A stretch of DNA of 64,000 nucleotides from the NCBI GenBank assembly GCA_963736855.1, contig CAVTQK010000009.1:512001-576000 (forward strand). Direction: 5' to 3'. Shown here one piece after another: positions 1 through 10,694 of this stretch. The position numbers were made by a program, and so were the translations under genes. The notes beneath the pieces are model-generated. The model saw nothing but the letters and a program-made list of their open reading frames with translations. It was not told where the DNA came from and did not search any database. This DNA comes from an uncultured delta proteobacterium (lineage in GTDB: Bacteria; Desulfobacterota; Desulfobacteria; Desulfobacterales; UBA2156). Within the stretch, counting starts at the first letter, position 1, and each line of letters starts with the position of its first letter.

Positions 1-94
1 CCAGAGCGCCCTCGCCGATGTGTTGATCGGCAGCACCGCCCGATGGGTGGTCCGGAACTCACCGATTCCGGTTTTGGTTGTCCGTTTGCCCTAA
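1..94 (+). CDS. Universal stress protein (UspA family), 3' end only
   Basis: Frame from nt 2 reads QSALADVLIGSTARWVVRNSPIPVLVVRLP*, the typical USP C-terminal GSxa..vv..s.cPVLVV motif. Confidence 0.8.
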   Translation, partial: QSALADVLIGSTARWVVRNSPIPVLVVRLP

Positions 95-146
95 TAGCCG
101 CGCCTCGGATAGCCACCTGTAAAAAGCCACCCGAACCGTTGGATTA

Positions 147-875
147 GTGCGGATGAAACCATTTACCATCATCTGGGATTTTGACGGGACCCTGCTCCCC
201 TCCGATCCCTATGACAGCGAACACACCTTGTTGCTGTACAATATCCATGCTTCCGATGATAGGCTCTCCCTGGCCAAACGGATCGTCGGCCTAACCATCA
301 TCTTTTTAGACAGAAAAAAATGGATGGGCCCGGCATTCAAGAGATATTATGCCTGGGTGCTTTCAGGAACCCGTATGAATCGGCTCGATGGGGTCTCTGA
401 GATGCTGGCCCAAAAAATTTCCGCATCCGACCGGGCCTCTCTTCTGAATTTATATCACCGTGGGCATACCCAGATGATCATCAGCTGCGGAACCCTCGAT
501 CTGATCGAGAGGATCCTGGAGATTGCCGGCATCAAAAGCTGTTTTAAACGTATCGAAGGAAATCGGTTCCTTTCAGCCAACGATCGAATAATCGGAATCC
601 AAAATCGCATCATTCATCCGACCGATAAACTGAAACCGCTCAAAGGACAAGACCTCGACGCCGATCGGGTCATTGCCATCGGGGACGGGTACACGGATCT
701 TCCCCTCCTGGATTGGGCCCACTTTCCGGTCTTGATGGACCGATCTCAAACCAAAAGCCGATTGCCCGCCGAGCGATGTTATTCTAAGATCGCATCGATT
801 TCAGACCTTGTCGAATGGATCGAACACCTATCCTCTGAAAACGGACCCGCAATATGCCGGCAAAGAAGAAAATGA
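147..875 (+). CDS. HAD-IB family hydrolase (phosphoserine phosphatase-like)
   Basis: Motif I WDFDGTL, motif II IISCG, motif IV IGDGYTDLPLL. Confidence 0.8.
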   Translation: MRMKPFTIIWDFDGTLLPSDPYDSEHTLLLYNIHASDDRLSLAKRIVGLTIIFLDRKKWMGPAFKRYYAWVLSGTRMNRLDGVSEMLAQKISASDRASLLNLYHRGHTQMIISCGTLDLIERILEIAGIKSCFKRIEGNRFLSANDRIIGIQNRIIHPTDKLKPLKGQDLDADRVIAIGDGYTDLPLLDWAHFPVLMDRSQTKSRLPAERCYSKIASISDLVEWIEHLSSENGPAICRQRRK

Positions 876-1876
876 AACGGAAAAATCTGATCGTGTTCGA
901 CATGGACGGCGTGCTTATCGACGTCTCCCTGTCGTACCGGGACACCGTGCGTCAGACAGCCCGGCTCTTTTTCAAAGGGGCCCGAGGGTGGGAAGATCTT
1001 CCGGACCCGCTTTTTTCACTTTTGGATCTGGCCCGGGTCAAACAAAGCGGCGGGTTGAACAACGACTGGGATCTGTCATTTACCATAATCAGCCTGATTT
1101 ATTCCCTTGTCAAAGGCCCTAAGGCCCCGACGGCAGCCGAGCCCTGGCAGTATTACCGCGCCGGCATTTCCCGTTGCGATGTTTCCGAACTGGCGTGCTT
1201 TTTAAAGAGCGAATCGCAACCGCTAACCCGGCTTTCGGAAAAAATCGGAAGACCGATCCATGAATTCATATCCGCCTGCTATGCCGGCGATGTGGGAACC
1301 GGAAATATCATCAAACAGATTTTTCAGGAAATTTACCTTGGATCCGAACTCTTCCAGGCAACCTATGGGATCTTTCCTTCTGCTTACTTTGAAAAAGGGT
1401 TGATCGATAAGGAAAGGCTCCTCATCGATCCGTCGATTTTGGAACATCTCTTTCTTCGTCATATCCTGGCCATCGCCACCGGCCGCCCTAAAATAGAGGC
1501 GGACTACCCCTTGGACCGCTTTCAGATTCGACGCTATTTTTCGGCGGTATACACCCTGGATGATTGCCTGCGGGAAGAAAAGAAACGGTTTGAAGCCGGA
1601 AAGGAGCGCATCGATTTGGGCAAACCCAACCCTTACATGCTGGATGCCCTGAAGGCCGCTTTCCAGGAGGAAGCTTCAGGCTTTTATTATATCGGGGATA
1701 TGCCCGACGACATGATGACCGCCGCCCACTCCGATGCCCCTTTCCTGGGAATTGGAATCCTGCTTTCTTCCGAGGACAGAAAGGAGCTTGCCGAAGCGCT
1801 GCGCAAAGCCGGTGCGGCGGCAATCATCGATGACTTTGAGTCCCTGTTGACCCTCGTGAATACAGAGAAGCGCTGA
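872..1876 (+). CDS. HAD-IA family hydrolase (TIGR01548-like)
   Basis: FDMDGVLIDV, LNNDWD, ATGRP, KPNP, YIGDMPDD; ATG at 872 overlaps the upstream TGA (ATGA). Confidence 0.8.
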   Translation: MKRKNLIVFDMDGVLIDVSLSYRDTVRQTARLFFKGARGWEDLPDPLFSLLDLARVKQSGGLNNDWDLSFTIISLIYSLVKGPKAPTAAEPWQYYRAGISRCDVSELACFLKSESQPLTRLSEKIGRPIHEFISACYAGDVGTGNIIKQIFQEIYLGSELFQATYGIFPSAYFEKGLIDKERLLIDPSILEHLFLRHILAIATGRPKIEADYPLDRFQIRRYFSAVYTLDDCLREEKKRFEAGKERIDLGKPNPYMLDALKAAFQEEASGFYYIGDMPDDMMTAAHSDAPFLGIGILLSSEDRKELAEALRKAGAAAIIDDFESLLTLVNTEKR

Positions 1877-1906
1877 GCCGTTGTCCGGAATCTTTTCCCC
1901 CCGGCT

Positions 1907-4330
1907 TCAGACCCGGATCTTTTCCCGTTGGGGATCATAAAGAATCCGGTTCAGATGGCAGGTGGCCGGGTAGACCTTCCGGTAGGATTCGATTTCCCAA
2001 CCTTGGCCGGAGACGGCTTTTTCTGCCGGAACATATCCATAGGCGATCGTCTTTTCAATGGTATGGCCGTATCCGGCGCTGCTCGTCACTCCGATCACCT
2101 CGCCTTTTCGAATAATCGGGGCGCTTCCCTGGATCATGACCGGATCCTTTTCATCAAGGGTAAAGCTGCACAGTCGCCATGGGGCTCCATCCTTTCGAAT
2201 CCTGGCCAACGCGACTTTTCCCATGAAATCTTCTTTATCAAGGAACACGCAGGTATCGAGGCCGGCATCATAAGGGGTGTATTCGGGCGTGAGTTCAGAC
2301 CCCCAGTCCGCATTTCCTTTTTCAAGTCTCATCGAGTTGATGGCCCGATAACCGGCATTTCCGATTGAAAAATCCTGTCCAGCCTCCCAGAGAGTTTCAT
2401 AAACATGTCCGGCAAAATCCACAGGAATGTAAAGCTCGTATCCCAGTTCTCCCACATAGGTGATCCGGAATGCCGTCACCGGCGCATGACCGACGGCTAT
2501 CGGCTTGCAGGCCCCGAATCGAAAGTCCTTGATTGCTGAGGTCGTCTTTTGTAATCCTCTGGAGCAGTTCCCTCGATTTCGGCCCAACGACGTTGATGAC
2601 CCCAAAAGCCGATGTGACCTCATGGAATACGACCGAGCCGTCGGTCGGCAGGTGCTTCCTGATCCACCATCCGACGCGAAGTCCGAAGGCGGTTCCCACC
2701 ACCAGCAGGAACCTCTCAGTTTCCAAACGAGCGACGGTAAGGTCACACTCGATCCCTCCACGATCGTTACACATGGGGGTGTAGATCACCGAGCCGACCG
2801 GTCGATCGATCCGATTCGTGCATAGGCGGTTCAAAGACTCCAGCGCTTTTGGGCCTGTCATCTCGAATTTGCAGAAGGATGACTGATCGATGAGGACCAC
2901 TTTTTCCCGGGCCCGGCGATGTTCATCAGCAACGCATACAAACCACCCGGGAACTTCAAAGGTGGGCCGGTCCTTGTACTCGGCCCCTGGGGGGCAAACC
3001 AGTTCGGCCGTTCCCATCCGTATTTGGCGCCGAATACCCCCCTTTTTGCCTTTAAAAGGTTATAAAGGGGGCTCCGCCGGACTCCCCGGGCCGAATCATG
3101 TTCTTCATGGGGCCAGTGGATCGTGTAATGCTTTCCGTAAAGCTCGGCGGTTCTTTCAACCTGATAAGACCTGCTCTTATGATGGGGGCCGAAGCGACGG
3201 ATATCGAGGGGCCACAGATCGAGACTCGGTTCCCCATGGATAATCCATTCGGCCATCATTTGTCCGGCACCCCCTCCTGCAGCAATCCCGAATGCATTGA
3301 AACCGACGGCCACAAAGAGATTGTCAAGTTCGGGCGCCGGCCCCATGATGGCGTTGCCGTCCGGGGTGAACCCTTCCGGACCGTTGATCAGCTTGATGAT
3401 CCCCGCACTTTTCAGGCATGGGGTTCGGCGAAGGGCCGGTTCGGAAAGGATCTGAAAATGATCGAAATCCGGCTCCAGGAGCCTTCCCGAAAAGTCATTG
3501 GATACGCCATCCACCGACCAGGGGATTCCGTTTCTCTCGTAACCGCCCATGACAAGCCCGCCGACTTCCTCTTTATAGTAGATCAGGTTGTCCTTGTCCC
3601 GGATGGTCGGTAAATTCTTCGGCATGCCTGGGATCTTTTCGCTGACCAGAAACTGATGTTGAAACGGAACCACCGGTGTATTGACCCCCAGCATCCTTCC
3701 AACCTGGTATCCCCACATGCCCGTGCAGTTGACGACGGTTTCACATTCGATCTTTCCTGTTTGGGTTAAAACCGCTTGGATTCGCTTTCCCTGTATGTCA
3801 AAGCCGGTGACCAGGGTGTCCGTGGAGATCTTTGCCCCCCGATCCCGTGCTCCCCTCGCCAGCGCCTGGGTAATGCCGGAAGGATCGGCCTGCCCGTCCG
3901 TGGGCATGAAAGCCGCCCCGATGATCCCTTCAAGGGAGAGGATGGGGCAAAGATCGTAAGCTTCTTTGGGGGTAAGAATGTGCATTTCAAGTCCGAAGCT
4001 GCGGGCGGTGGTGGCGCCCTTTTTCAGTTCGTACATGCGATCCCGGGTGGAGGCCAGGTGCAGGCAACCGGTTTTTTTCCACCCGGTGGACAGTCCGGTT
4101 TCCGCCTCAAGAGTCTCATATAAGCTGACGCTCATCTGCAGCATCCGGGTGATGTTGCGTTCACTGCGGAGTTGGCCCACCAAACCGGCCGCATGCCATG
4201 TGGACCCGCTGGTCAACTGATTCTTTTCCAGAAGCACGATATCCTTTATGCCGAGTCGGGTCAGGTGATAGGCCGTGCTGCATCCGATGATGCCGCCGCC
4301 AATGATCACAACCCGGGCGCTTTGCCGCAT
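1907..4330 (-). CDS. FAD-dependent dimethylglycine/sarcosine dehydrogenase-like GcvT-family protein (split by 2 frameshifts, probably assembly errors)
   Basis: VVIIGGGIIG Rossmann motif, GSTWHAAG (covalent-FAD His), GWERPNWF, then GcvT folate-binding part (ECDLTVARL; RITYVGELGYELY; SMRLEKG) in ORFs 2397-3017 and 1907-2761. Confidence 0.85.
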
Positions 4331-4353
4331 TGTCTCACTCTCCTTTGTTCGGA

Positions 4354-6066
4354 TCAAACTTCGGCCGTCAATCCTTTCCGACTGCCTCCCGTTTTTATGG
4401 ATACGATTTTCAGCAATCCCAGTACAACCAATACGATTAAAATAATGCACGTACACATTGCGTTGGCGCTGGCGGTCCAGCCGTCATTATCCAGCATGAT
4501 GATTTCAATGGCCGCCAGATGGACCGTTGCCGACACCAGGAAGATGACCGCGCTGATGGTGGTCATGGATCTCATGAAAAAATAGAGGAAGGTTTGAAAG
4601 AATGCGACCCGGGAAAGGGGAAAGATGATTCTAAAAAAAGTGCGCAGCGTATCCCCGCCGAGACTGATGGAAGCCTCCTCGATGGATGGATCGATATTTC
4701 TCAGAGTCGAAATACCCGATAAAATTCCCAGGGTGAAATTGCAGATGATATTGTTGATGACCACGATCCAGGGTGTTCCATAAAAAAAATAGTAGGACTT
4801 ATTGAACGCCAGGACATACCCCAGCCCCATGACCAGACCGGGAATCGCCGCGGGCATGACGGAGAGCAGATAAATAAACTGCTTGAATAACGGTTTGCGC
4901 GTTTCCATAACATAAGCGGCCACCAGCGTAATAAGAGCACCGACGATGCCGACTACCAAAGAAACCCAGACGCTGGTCCAGAGGGCCGAATACCCGGCGA
5001 TGGACGGAAAATGATAATGCTTGAAAGTCAGAGACCAGTCATAAGGCCAGACCTTAACAACAGAACCCACAATAACAACAATGAAAATAAGGATGATGGC
5101 AAATGAGATCAGACTGCAAAATGTAGTAAAGCTGATCTTTTTCAAGAGCCTGGAGGGAGGAATCACCGGTTTGGCAGCACCGCTGATCATGGAAAAGGTT
5201 TTTCTTGAAATGTAATAATTGAACAAAAAGGCCATGAGGGAGGGCACCAGCAGGATGATGCTGATGGTAGCCCCCAGGTCGAACCGGTACAGATTGGTGA
5301 CCTGGGCGTAAATTTCGGTGGCCAGAACATTATAATCACCCCCGATGACCACCGGATTCCCGAAGTCCGTGATCGTCAAGTTAAACGTCAATGCGGCGGC
5401 ACTGAGTATGCCGTACTTGGCGGAAGGCAGCGTGATACGGGTGAACACCTTGAATGGGGTCGCCCCCAGACTTTCCGCGGCCTCGTCGAGCCGAATGTCC
5501 ACCGCGGAAAGGGTCGTGTACAAAATCACATAGGCATGGGGGAGGCAATAAAGAACCTCGGAAATGATGATGCCGATGGGACCATAGATGCTCCATTCTG
5601 TTCGAATCAGATGCGCCGTGATCAAACCGTTGCGTCCGAAGAGATAAATCAGCGCCAGTGCCTGGGTGATGGAAGGGGCTACCAGCGGCATCATGATGAT
5701 GTTGCGAAAAAACCCCTTTCCAGCGATCGTGGTGCGCGTCATGGCATAAGCAAAAAAGAAGATGATGACGGTGACGATGATCATCGTGACAATGGACACA
5801 TAAAGACTGTGCCAGAGCGCTCTCACCGTGTAGGCGGTGGTGAAATATCTTTGGAAATTGGCAAGGGTGAAATTGGCGACGGCAAACTCGCCCCCTTTAA
5901 AAAAGCTCAGTTTGAGAATGGCAAACAGGGGAAAGAGCATGAAAAAGAAGAGGAGCAAGGCAATGAACAAGGTCACGGCCGGTAGCACAAACCGGTCGAC
6001 TTCCATTCGAAGCGGTGAAACCGTGTATCTTTCTCTGACGTCGCTTGCGCTGGAATTGAAAGGCAT
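4354..6066 (-). CDS. ABC transporter permease, Fe3+/2-aminoethylphosphonate (PhnU2-like) family, two TM modules
   Basis: Two EAA loops (DEAAESLGA, EEASISLGG); ALIYLFGRNG and TDFGNPVVIGGDYNVLATEIY resemble putative 2-AEP permeases. Confidence 0.85.
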   Translation of the reverse strand: MPFNSSASDVRERYTVSPLRMEVDRFVLPAVTLFIALLLFFFMLFPLFAILKLSFFKGGEFAVANFTLANFQRYFTTAYTVRALWHSLYVSIVTMIIVTVIIFFFAYAMTRTTIAGKGFFRNIIMMPLVAPSITQALALIYLFGRNGLITAHLIRTEWSIYGPIGIIISEVLYCLPHAYVILYTTLSAVDIRLDEAAESLGATPFKVFTRITLPSAKYGILSAAALTFNLTITDFGNPVVIGGDYNVLATEIYAQVTNLYRFDLGATISIILLVPSLMAFLFNYYISRKTFSMISGAAKPVIPPSRLLKKISFTTFCSLISFAIILIFIVVIVGSVVKVWPYDWSLTFKHYHFPSIAGYSALWTSVWVSLVVGIVGALITLVAAYVMETRKPLFKQFIYLLSVMPAAIPGLVMGLGYVLAFNKSYYFFYGTPWIVVINNIICNFTLGILSGISTLRNIDPSIEEASISLGGDTLRTFFRIIFPLSRVAFFQTFLYFFMRSMTTISAVIFLVSATVHLAAIEIIMLDNDGWTASANAMCTCIILIVLVVLGLLKIVSIKTGGSRKGLTAEV

Positions 6067-6102
6067 GTCCGTTCTTTCCCTGGATAGGGAATTGGGTGGC
6101 TT

Positions 6103-7191
6103 TTAGATCAGCTTTCTGAAAAGTTCCTTATAGACATGAAAGGCCTCCGGAGGAAAGTAGAGCCTGATTTTGTCCCCCCGTTTCAGGTTGCGTTTTTCAA
6201 ACTCCTTTTCAGAGATATCCACCAGCATCTCTTCGTCCTCCAGCATGAAGGCGATTCGCACTACAGCCCCAAGAAAGTTGATGACCTCCACTATCGTTTC
6301 GACAATGTTTGAGGAAACCAAATCATCTACGGGGCTTTCAGGAAAGAGGACTTCGATGTTTTCGGGACGAATGGCAAGGTGCACCGTCTCGCTGTCCATA
6401 GCTTCGAGGCCGGTAATCTGGAATGTCCGGAGACCGAATCGCACTTGGTTATTTTCTTTTTTCCCGGCAATGAAATTGGATATCCCCACGAAGCCGGCGA
6501 TAAAACTGCTTTGCGGTTTTTTATAAATTTCCCACGGGGTTCCGATTTGCCTGAATTCGCCATCCCGCATGACCACTACTCGATCCGCCAGAGCCAATGC
6601 TTCCTCCTGATCATGGGTCACGTAGATCAGGGTGATTCCAAGCTCCTCCTGGAGCCGCTTGATGACGGTTCTCAACCGGATACGGATTTTGGCATCCAAA
6701 GCACTTAACGGTTCATCCAACAAGAGAATTTTCGGTTTGATGGCCAGTGCCCTGCCGAGGGCCACCCGTTGCTGCTGCCCGCCGGAAAGCTGGGACGGAT
6801 AATGGCTTTCCCACCCGCGCAAGCCGATAAGACCCAGTATTTCATCGACCCGCGCATCGATCACCTTCTGCGGCACTTTGCGCATTTTTAGCCCGAATGC
6901 GACGTTCTGGCTTACCGTCATGTTGGGAAAAAGGGCGTAGGACTGAAAAACGATGCCGAATTCTCGCTTTTGAGGGATGACGTCGTTGATGACCACGCCA
7001 TCGTAGAGGATCTTTCCGGACGTGATTTCTTCAAACCCGGTGATCATCCTCAGGATCGTCGTTTTCCCGCATCCGCTCGGACCCAGAAAACAGAGGAATT
7101 CTCCAGGTTGGATTTCCAGGTTAACGTTATTGACGGCAATCAGCGAGCCATAGTGTTTGCTCAAATTCTCCAGAATCAGGTTTTTGGACAT
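6103..7191 (-). CDS. ABC transporter ATP-binding protein (PotA/PhnT-like)
   Basis: Walker A GPSGCGKT, LSGGQQQRVA, LLLDEP, C-terminal TOBE-like region. Confidence 0.92.
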   Translation of the reverse strand: MSKNLILENLSKHYGSLIAVNNVNLEIQPGEFLCFLGPSGCGKTTILRMITGFEEITSGKILYDGVVINDVIPQKREFGIVFQSYALFPNMTVSQNVAFGLKMRKVPQKVIDARVDEILGLIGLRGWESHYPSQLSGGQQQRVALGRALAIKPKILLLDEPLSALDAKIRIRLRTVIKRLQEELGITLIYVTHDQEEALALADRVVVMRDGEFRQIGTPWEIYKKPQSSFIAGFVGISNFIAGKKENNQVRFGLRTFQITGLEAMDSETVHLAIRPENIEVLFPESPVDDLVSSNIVETIVEVINFLGAVVRIAFMLEDEEMLVDISEKEFEKRNLKRGDKIRLYFPPEAFHVYKELFRKLI

Positions 7192-7228
7192 CTTCCCGCT
7201 GTGCGCTCCTCAAAAAAGAGTATCCGTC

Positions 7229-7292
7229 TCATACCCTTTTTAAGAAGGGGATGATCGTCTCATCGATCCAACAAAGGATTGATGAGACGATC
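7229..7292. terminator. Tandem intercistronic stem-loops after the substrate-binding gene
   Basis: gatcgtctcatcgatcc-aacaaa-ggattgatgagacgatc (17-bp stem, 1 mismatch, 7253-7292), preceded by tcatacccttt..aaggggatga. Confidence 0.6.
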
Positions 7293-7310
7293 GGTCGATT
7301 GGCTCTTTGA

Positions 7311-8336
7311 TTATTTTACGAAAAGACGCTGCCAGACTTCGAGAATCTTTTCGCGATTCTGCGACTGCCAGGGAAAGTCCATGGGGGCAAGATTGATGGT
7401 GCTAAAGGCCGGCAGATCCGCAGGTCCGGGAATGCCGGGGTAGGTCACACCCAGCTTAAAAGTCGCATAACGTTTCATGGCGCTTTCGCCGATGGCCCAA
7501 TCCAGGAACTTCTTGGCGGCCTTTTCGTTTTTCGCTCCTTTTAACAGCCCGTTGGCTTCCAACTCATACCCGACCCCTTCTTCCGGCAGGACCAAGGAAA
7601 CTGGGAATCCCTGCTTTTTCAGGGAAGCATAAACAAAGGCAAAGGAGCAGCCGATGGCGTATTCTCCGGCAGCCGCCAGTTTGGCCGGCTTGGACCCGCT
7701 CTTGATATACTGCCCCATATTTTTATCCAGCTCTTTCAAGAAATCCCAGGCCTTGTTTTGTTCCACCGGCTTCTTTTTATAGTCGGGATCCATAAGGACC
7801 AAAAGGCTGGCAATCTGCAGGAATCCCGTACCGGAACTGGCGGGATTCGGCATGATCAGCATCCCCTTGTAAACGGGATTGAGCAGAGATTTCCAGCCCT
7901 TTGGCATGGGGAGCTTCTTTTCTTCCATGACTTTGGTATTTACGACTAATGCAGCCTCATAGGTGTCGATGGCCGTCCAGTATCCGTCAGGATCCTTGAA
8001 TTTGGCTGGAATTTTGTCCCACCCCGCAGGTTTGTAAGCCGTAAGCATCCCCTTGGGAACGAATTCGGCCATGTTGGTGACAGCCCATCCCCAAACGCAG
8101 TCGGCCTGGGGGTTGTCCTTTTCCGCCATCATGCGGGCTCCCAGTTCACCGGTCGACAAACGGATGGCCTGAATGTCGAGATCCGGAAGTTCCTTTTTGG
8201 CCAGATCTAGATAATCCACCACCTCTTCATTTTCCAGGGAAGTATACACCACGACCTTGTCTGTTGCCGATGCCGGGACTGCCCCCACGGCGAGGGCAAT
8301 CATGACGCAAAGAATTAAAAAAACGGTTTTTTTCAT
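7311..8336 (-). CDS. ABC substrate-binding protein, putative 2-aminoethylphosphonate (PhnS2/AepX-like) family
   Basis: Signal peptide MKKTVFLIL..; STG..ARMMAEKDNPQADCVWG, MPNPASSGTGF, Y.KSGSKP motifs; AGGAGG RBS. Confidence 0.8.
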   Translation of the reverse strand: MKKTVFLILCVMIALAVGAVPASATDKVVVYTSLENEEVVDYLDLAKKELPDLDIQAIRLSTGELGARMMAEKDNPQADCVWGWAVTNMAEFVPKGMLTAYKPAGWDKIPAKFKDPDGYWTAIDTYEAALVVNTKVMEEKKLPMPKGWKSLLNPVYKGMLIMPNPASSGTGFLQIASLLVLMDPDYKKKPVEQNKAWDFLKELDKNMGQYIKSGSKPAKLAAAGEYAIGCSFAFVYASLKKQGFPVSLVLPEEGVGYELEANGLLKGAKNEKAAKKFLDWAIGESAMKRYATFKLGVTYPGIPGPADLPAFSTINLAPMDFPWQSQNREKILEVWQRLFVK

Positions 8337-8463
8337 GGCACGCCTCCTTTGATGGGTTGAATGGTAATGAAATTCCCCGAACAAATGTAATCCGTTGATG
8401 GATAAGCAAATACCTATCATATCAGCTTTGAAAGTCAACTCCGCTCTTTTTTTTGGAGTTCTT

Positions 8464-9243
8464 TCATTCGGCGATATCCCCCACGCCCGAAAGGATGTAA
8501 AGGGGCTGATAGGGGTACTTTTTAAGATCTTCCCGGGATGTCACCCCGGAAAGGACCAGAACCGTATCGATCTCCGAATGTATACCGGCGATGATGTCGG
8601 TTTCCATGCGATCGCCGACGATGGCTGTTTCTTCTCGACTGCATCCGAGCATTTTTCGGGCATGTCGCATCATGAGGGGATTGGGTTTTCCTAAAAAATA
8701 GGCTTTTTTTCCGGTGGCCAGTTCGATGGGAGCAATGAGAGACCCGGTCCCGGGGACCACGTCCTTTCCCATGGAATCCGTTACATCAGGATTGGTACCA
8801 ATCAACTTGGCGCCTGCCCGCACCAGATTGATGGCCTTTTCGATCTTTTCATAGGAATAAGAATGGGTTTCCCCCACCACCACATAGTCGGGGTTTACCT
8901 CGTTCATGGAAAAGCCTGCATCATAGAGGGCATTGATCAATCCGGCTTCTCCGATGACATAGGCGGAACCGTTCGGTCGTTGGGATGCGAGGAAGCTCGC
9001 CGTCGCCAGTGCGCTGGTGTAAAAGTGAGAGGCGTCCGCCTGTATTCCGAGCCGATCGAGTTTTTCTCTTAATTCGCGGGGGGAACGCTCGCTGCTGTTG
9101 GTCAGGAATAAAAACTTTTTCTCATTTGTTCTGAGCCATTCGATAAAACGATTCACCCCGGGCAGCAGTCGATCTCCGTGGTACAGGACGCCGTCCATGT
9201 CGCAGATAAATCCCTTTTTTGCGCGCAATACCTTTAGCTCCAT
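8464..9243 (-). CDS. nagD: HAD-IIA hydrolase, NagD-like phosphatase
   Basis: CDMDGVLY, FLTNSS, TNPD, GKPNP, VGDRMETDI, LVLSGVT. Confidence 0.85.
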   Translation of the reverse strand: MELKVLRAKKGFICDMDGVLYHGDRLLPGVNRFIEWLRTNEKKFLFLTNSSERSPRELREKLDRLGIQADASHFYTSALATASFLASQRPNGSAYVIGEAGLINALYDAGFSMNEVNPDYVVVGETHSYSYEKIEKAINLVRAGAKLIGTNPDVTDSMGKDVVPGTGSLIAPIELATGKKAYFLGKPNPLMMRHARKMLGCSREETAIVGDRMETDIIAGIHSEIDTVLVLSGVTSREDLKKYPYQPLYILSGVGDIAE

Positions 9244-9530
9244 ATTCGATTCCTCTGGTTGTCTCTTTTCGGCAATAGTTGTCAACCATCATGATATCAT
9301 CATTCTTACCTTTTCAAAGGGTAAGTCTTTACTTCTATGATCCCGGTTACAGTTGAAAAAAGCGCAGTTTTTGGATCAAACAACATAAGGTATATTGCCA
9401 AAAGATTATATTTCTATTATTTTGTCAATATTGAGAAATCCCGGGTGCACACCCATTGGCTTTTTGCTGAAAATCAAAAGCCTTTGAAAAATCAGGTCGA
9501 GACAGGGACCAAAGGCTAAATACTTTCGCC

Positions 9531-10340
9531 ATGTTGCCCTTTGACCAATTTCCCGAAGACGGAAAAAAGCACATCGAATTCGTCCTTACCGATATCGACG
9601 ACACCCTGACGTTTATGGGGCGGCTTCCGTCTGTCGCCCTTGCCGCCATGGAACAACTGCAGCAAAACGGCATACGGGTGATCCCCATCACCGGGCGTCC
9701 GGCCGGGTGGTGCGATCATATGGCTCGCATGTGGCCCATCGACGGCATCGTCGGGTGAAAATGGGGCCTTCTATTTTCAATTATGATCATGAAGATCGAA
9801 GGAAATGCACCGCCGATTCGCGAAAACAGCCGAGCCGATCGGGATGTCGGACAGAAAAAAACTGAATGAAATCGAAAAGGAAGATCTTAAGAAACGTTCC
9901 CGGATGCCGCGTGTCCGCGGATCAGGCGTATCGGGTGGCGGATCTTGCCATCGACTTCTGCGAAGATGTGCCTTGCCTTTCCGATGAAGAAGTAGACCGG
10001 ATCGTTCTGATTTTCAAAGCAGCCGGAGCCCACGGCCAAAATCAGCTCCATTCATGTCAACGGCTGGTTCGGCGATTATGACAAGCGGACCATGACGAAC
10101 ATCCTGTTTGAAGAGGTCTTTCAGAAGGATCTGGAAAAGATTAAAAACCGGGTGCTTTTTTCAGGCGATTCCCCGAATGATGCACCCCTGTTCGCGTATT
10201 TCCCCCATTCCGTGGGAATGGCCAATATCGTCACATTTAAAGAGCGCCTGACAACGCCTCCGGCATGGGTCACATTCAAGGAAGGGGGGTACGGTTTTGC
10301 CGAGATGGTGGGAATACTTTTAGCAAATTCGGTCCATTGA
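9531..10340 (+). CDS. HAD-IIB family hydrolase, broken by several frameshifts (errors or pseudogene)
   Basis: TDIDDTLT, TGRPAGW, (V)GENGAFYF after a shift, DLAIDFCED, KISSIHVNGWFG.YDK, GDSPND spread over several frames. Confidence 0.7.
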
Positions 10341-10694
10341 TCGGCTCGCCACCAAGTGGATCCCCTGTTCCCCCATGAATTCTTCCATCAGAATATGCCC
10401 CATCTTCACAGGCGCCTCCACCCGGATTTGGTGGATAATACGGACGGCTTCCAGGATGCGGTCTTTGGGGATCGGTCCGGTGAGCCTTACCGGGAGCCGG
10501 GGCCACAGGGCGTTTGAAATGGCAATCGTGGTGCTTACGTCCCGGCGCGGATCGATAAATTCCTGCCTGGCGTATTTAGCCCCCCGATCGCATTCGTAAC
10601 CGGATACTTCCCGGATCTCGCTTCCTTCGTGCTCCAACTGCAGAGGGCATCCGATGGGGCACCCGATGCAGGTATAGTGGACGATTTCAGGCAT
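10320..10694 (-). CDS. DUF1667 (CxxCP.GC) domain protein
   Basis: [23 protein letters not shown] pattern; third gene of the GlpA-like trio. Confidence 0.85.
   Translation of the reverse strand: MPEIVHYTCIGCPIGCPLQLEHEGSEIREVSGYECDRGAKYARQEFIDPRRDVSTTIAISNALWPRLPVRLTGPIPKDRILEAVRIIHQIRVEAPVKMGHILMEEFMGEQGIHLVASRSMDRIC

Noticed and set aside
9756..9758. TGA in the HAD-IIB gene as selenocysteine
   Set aside because: An extra G causes it; the corrected frame reads VGENGAFYF, which is not a Cys position
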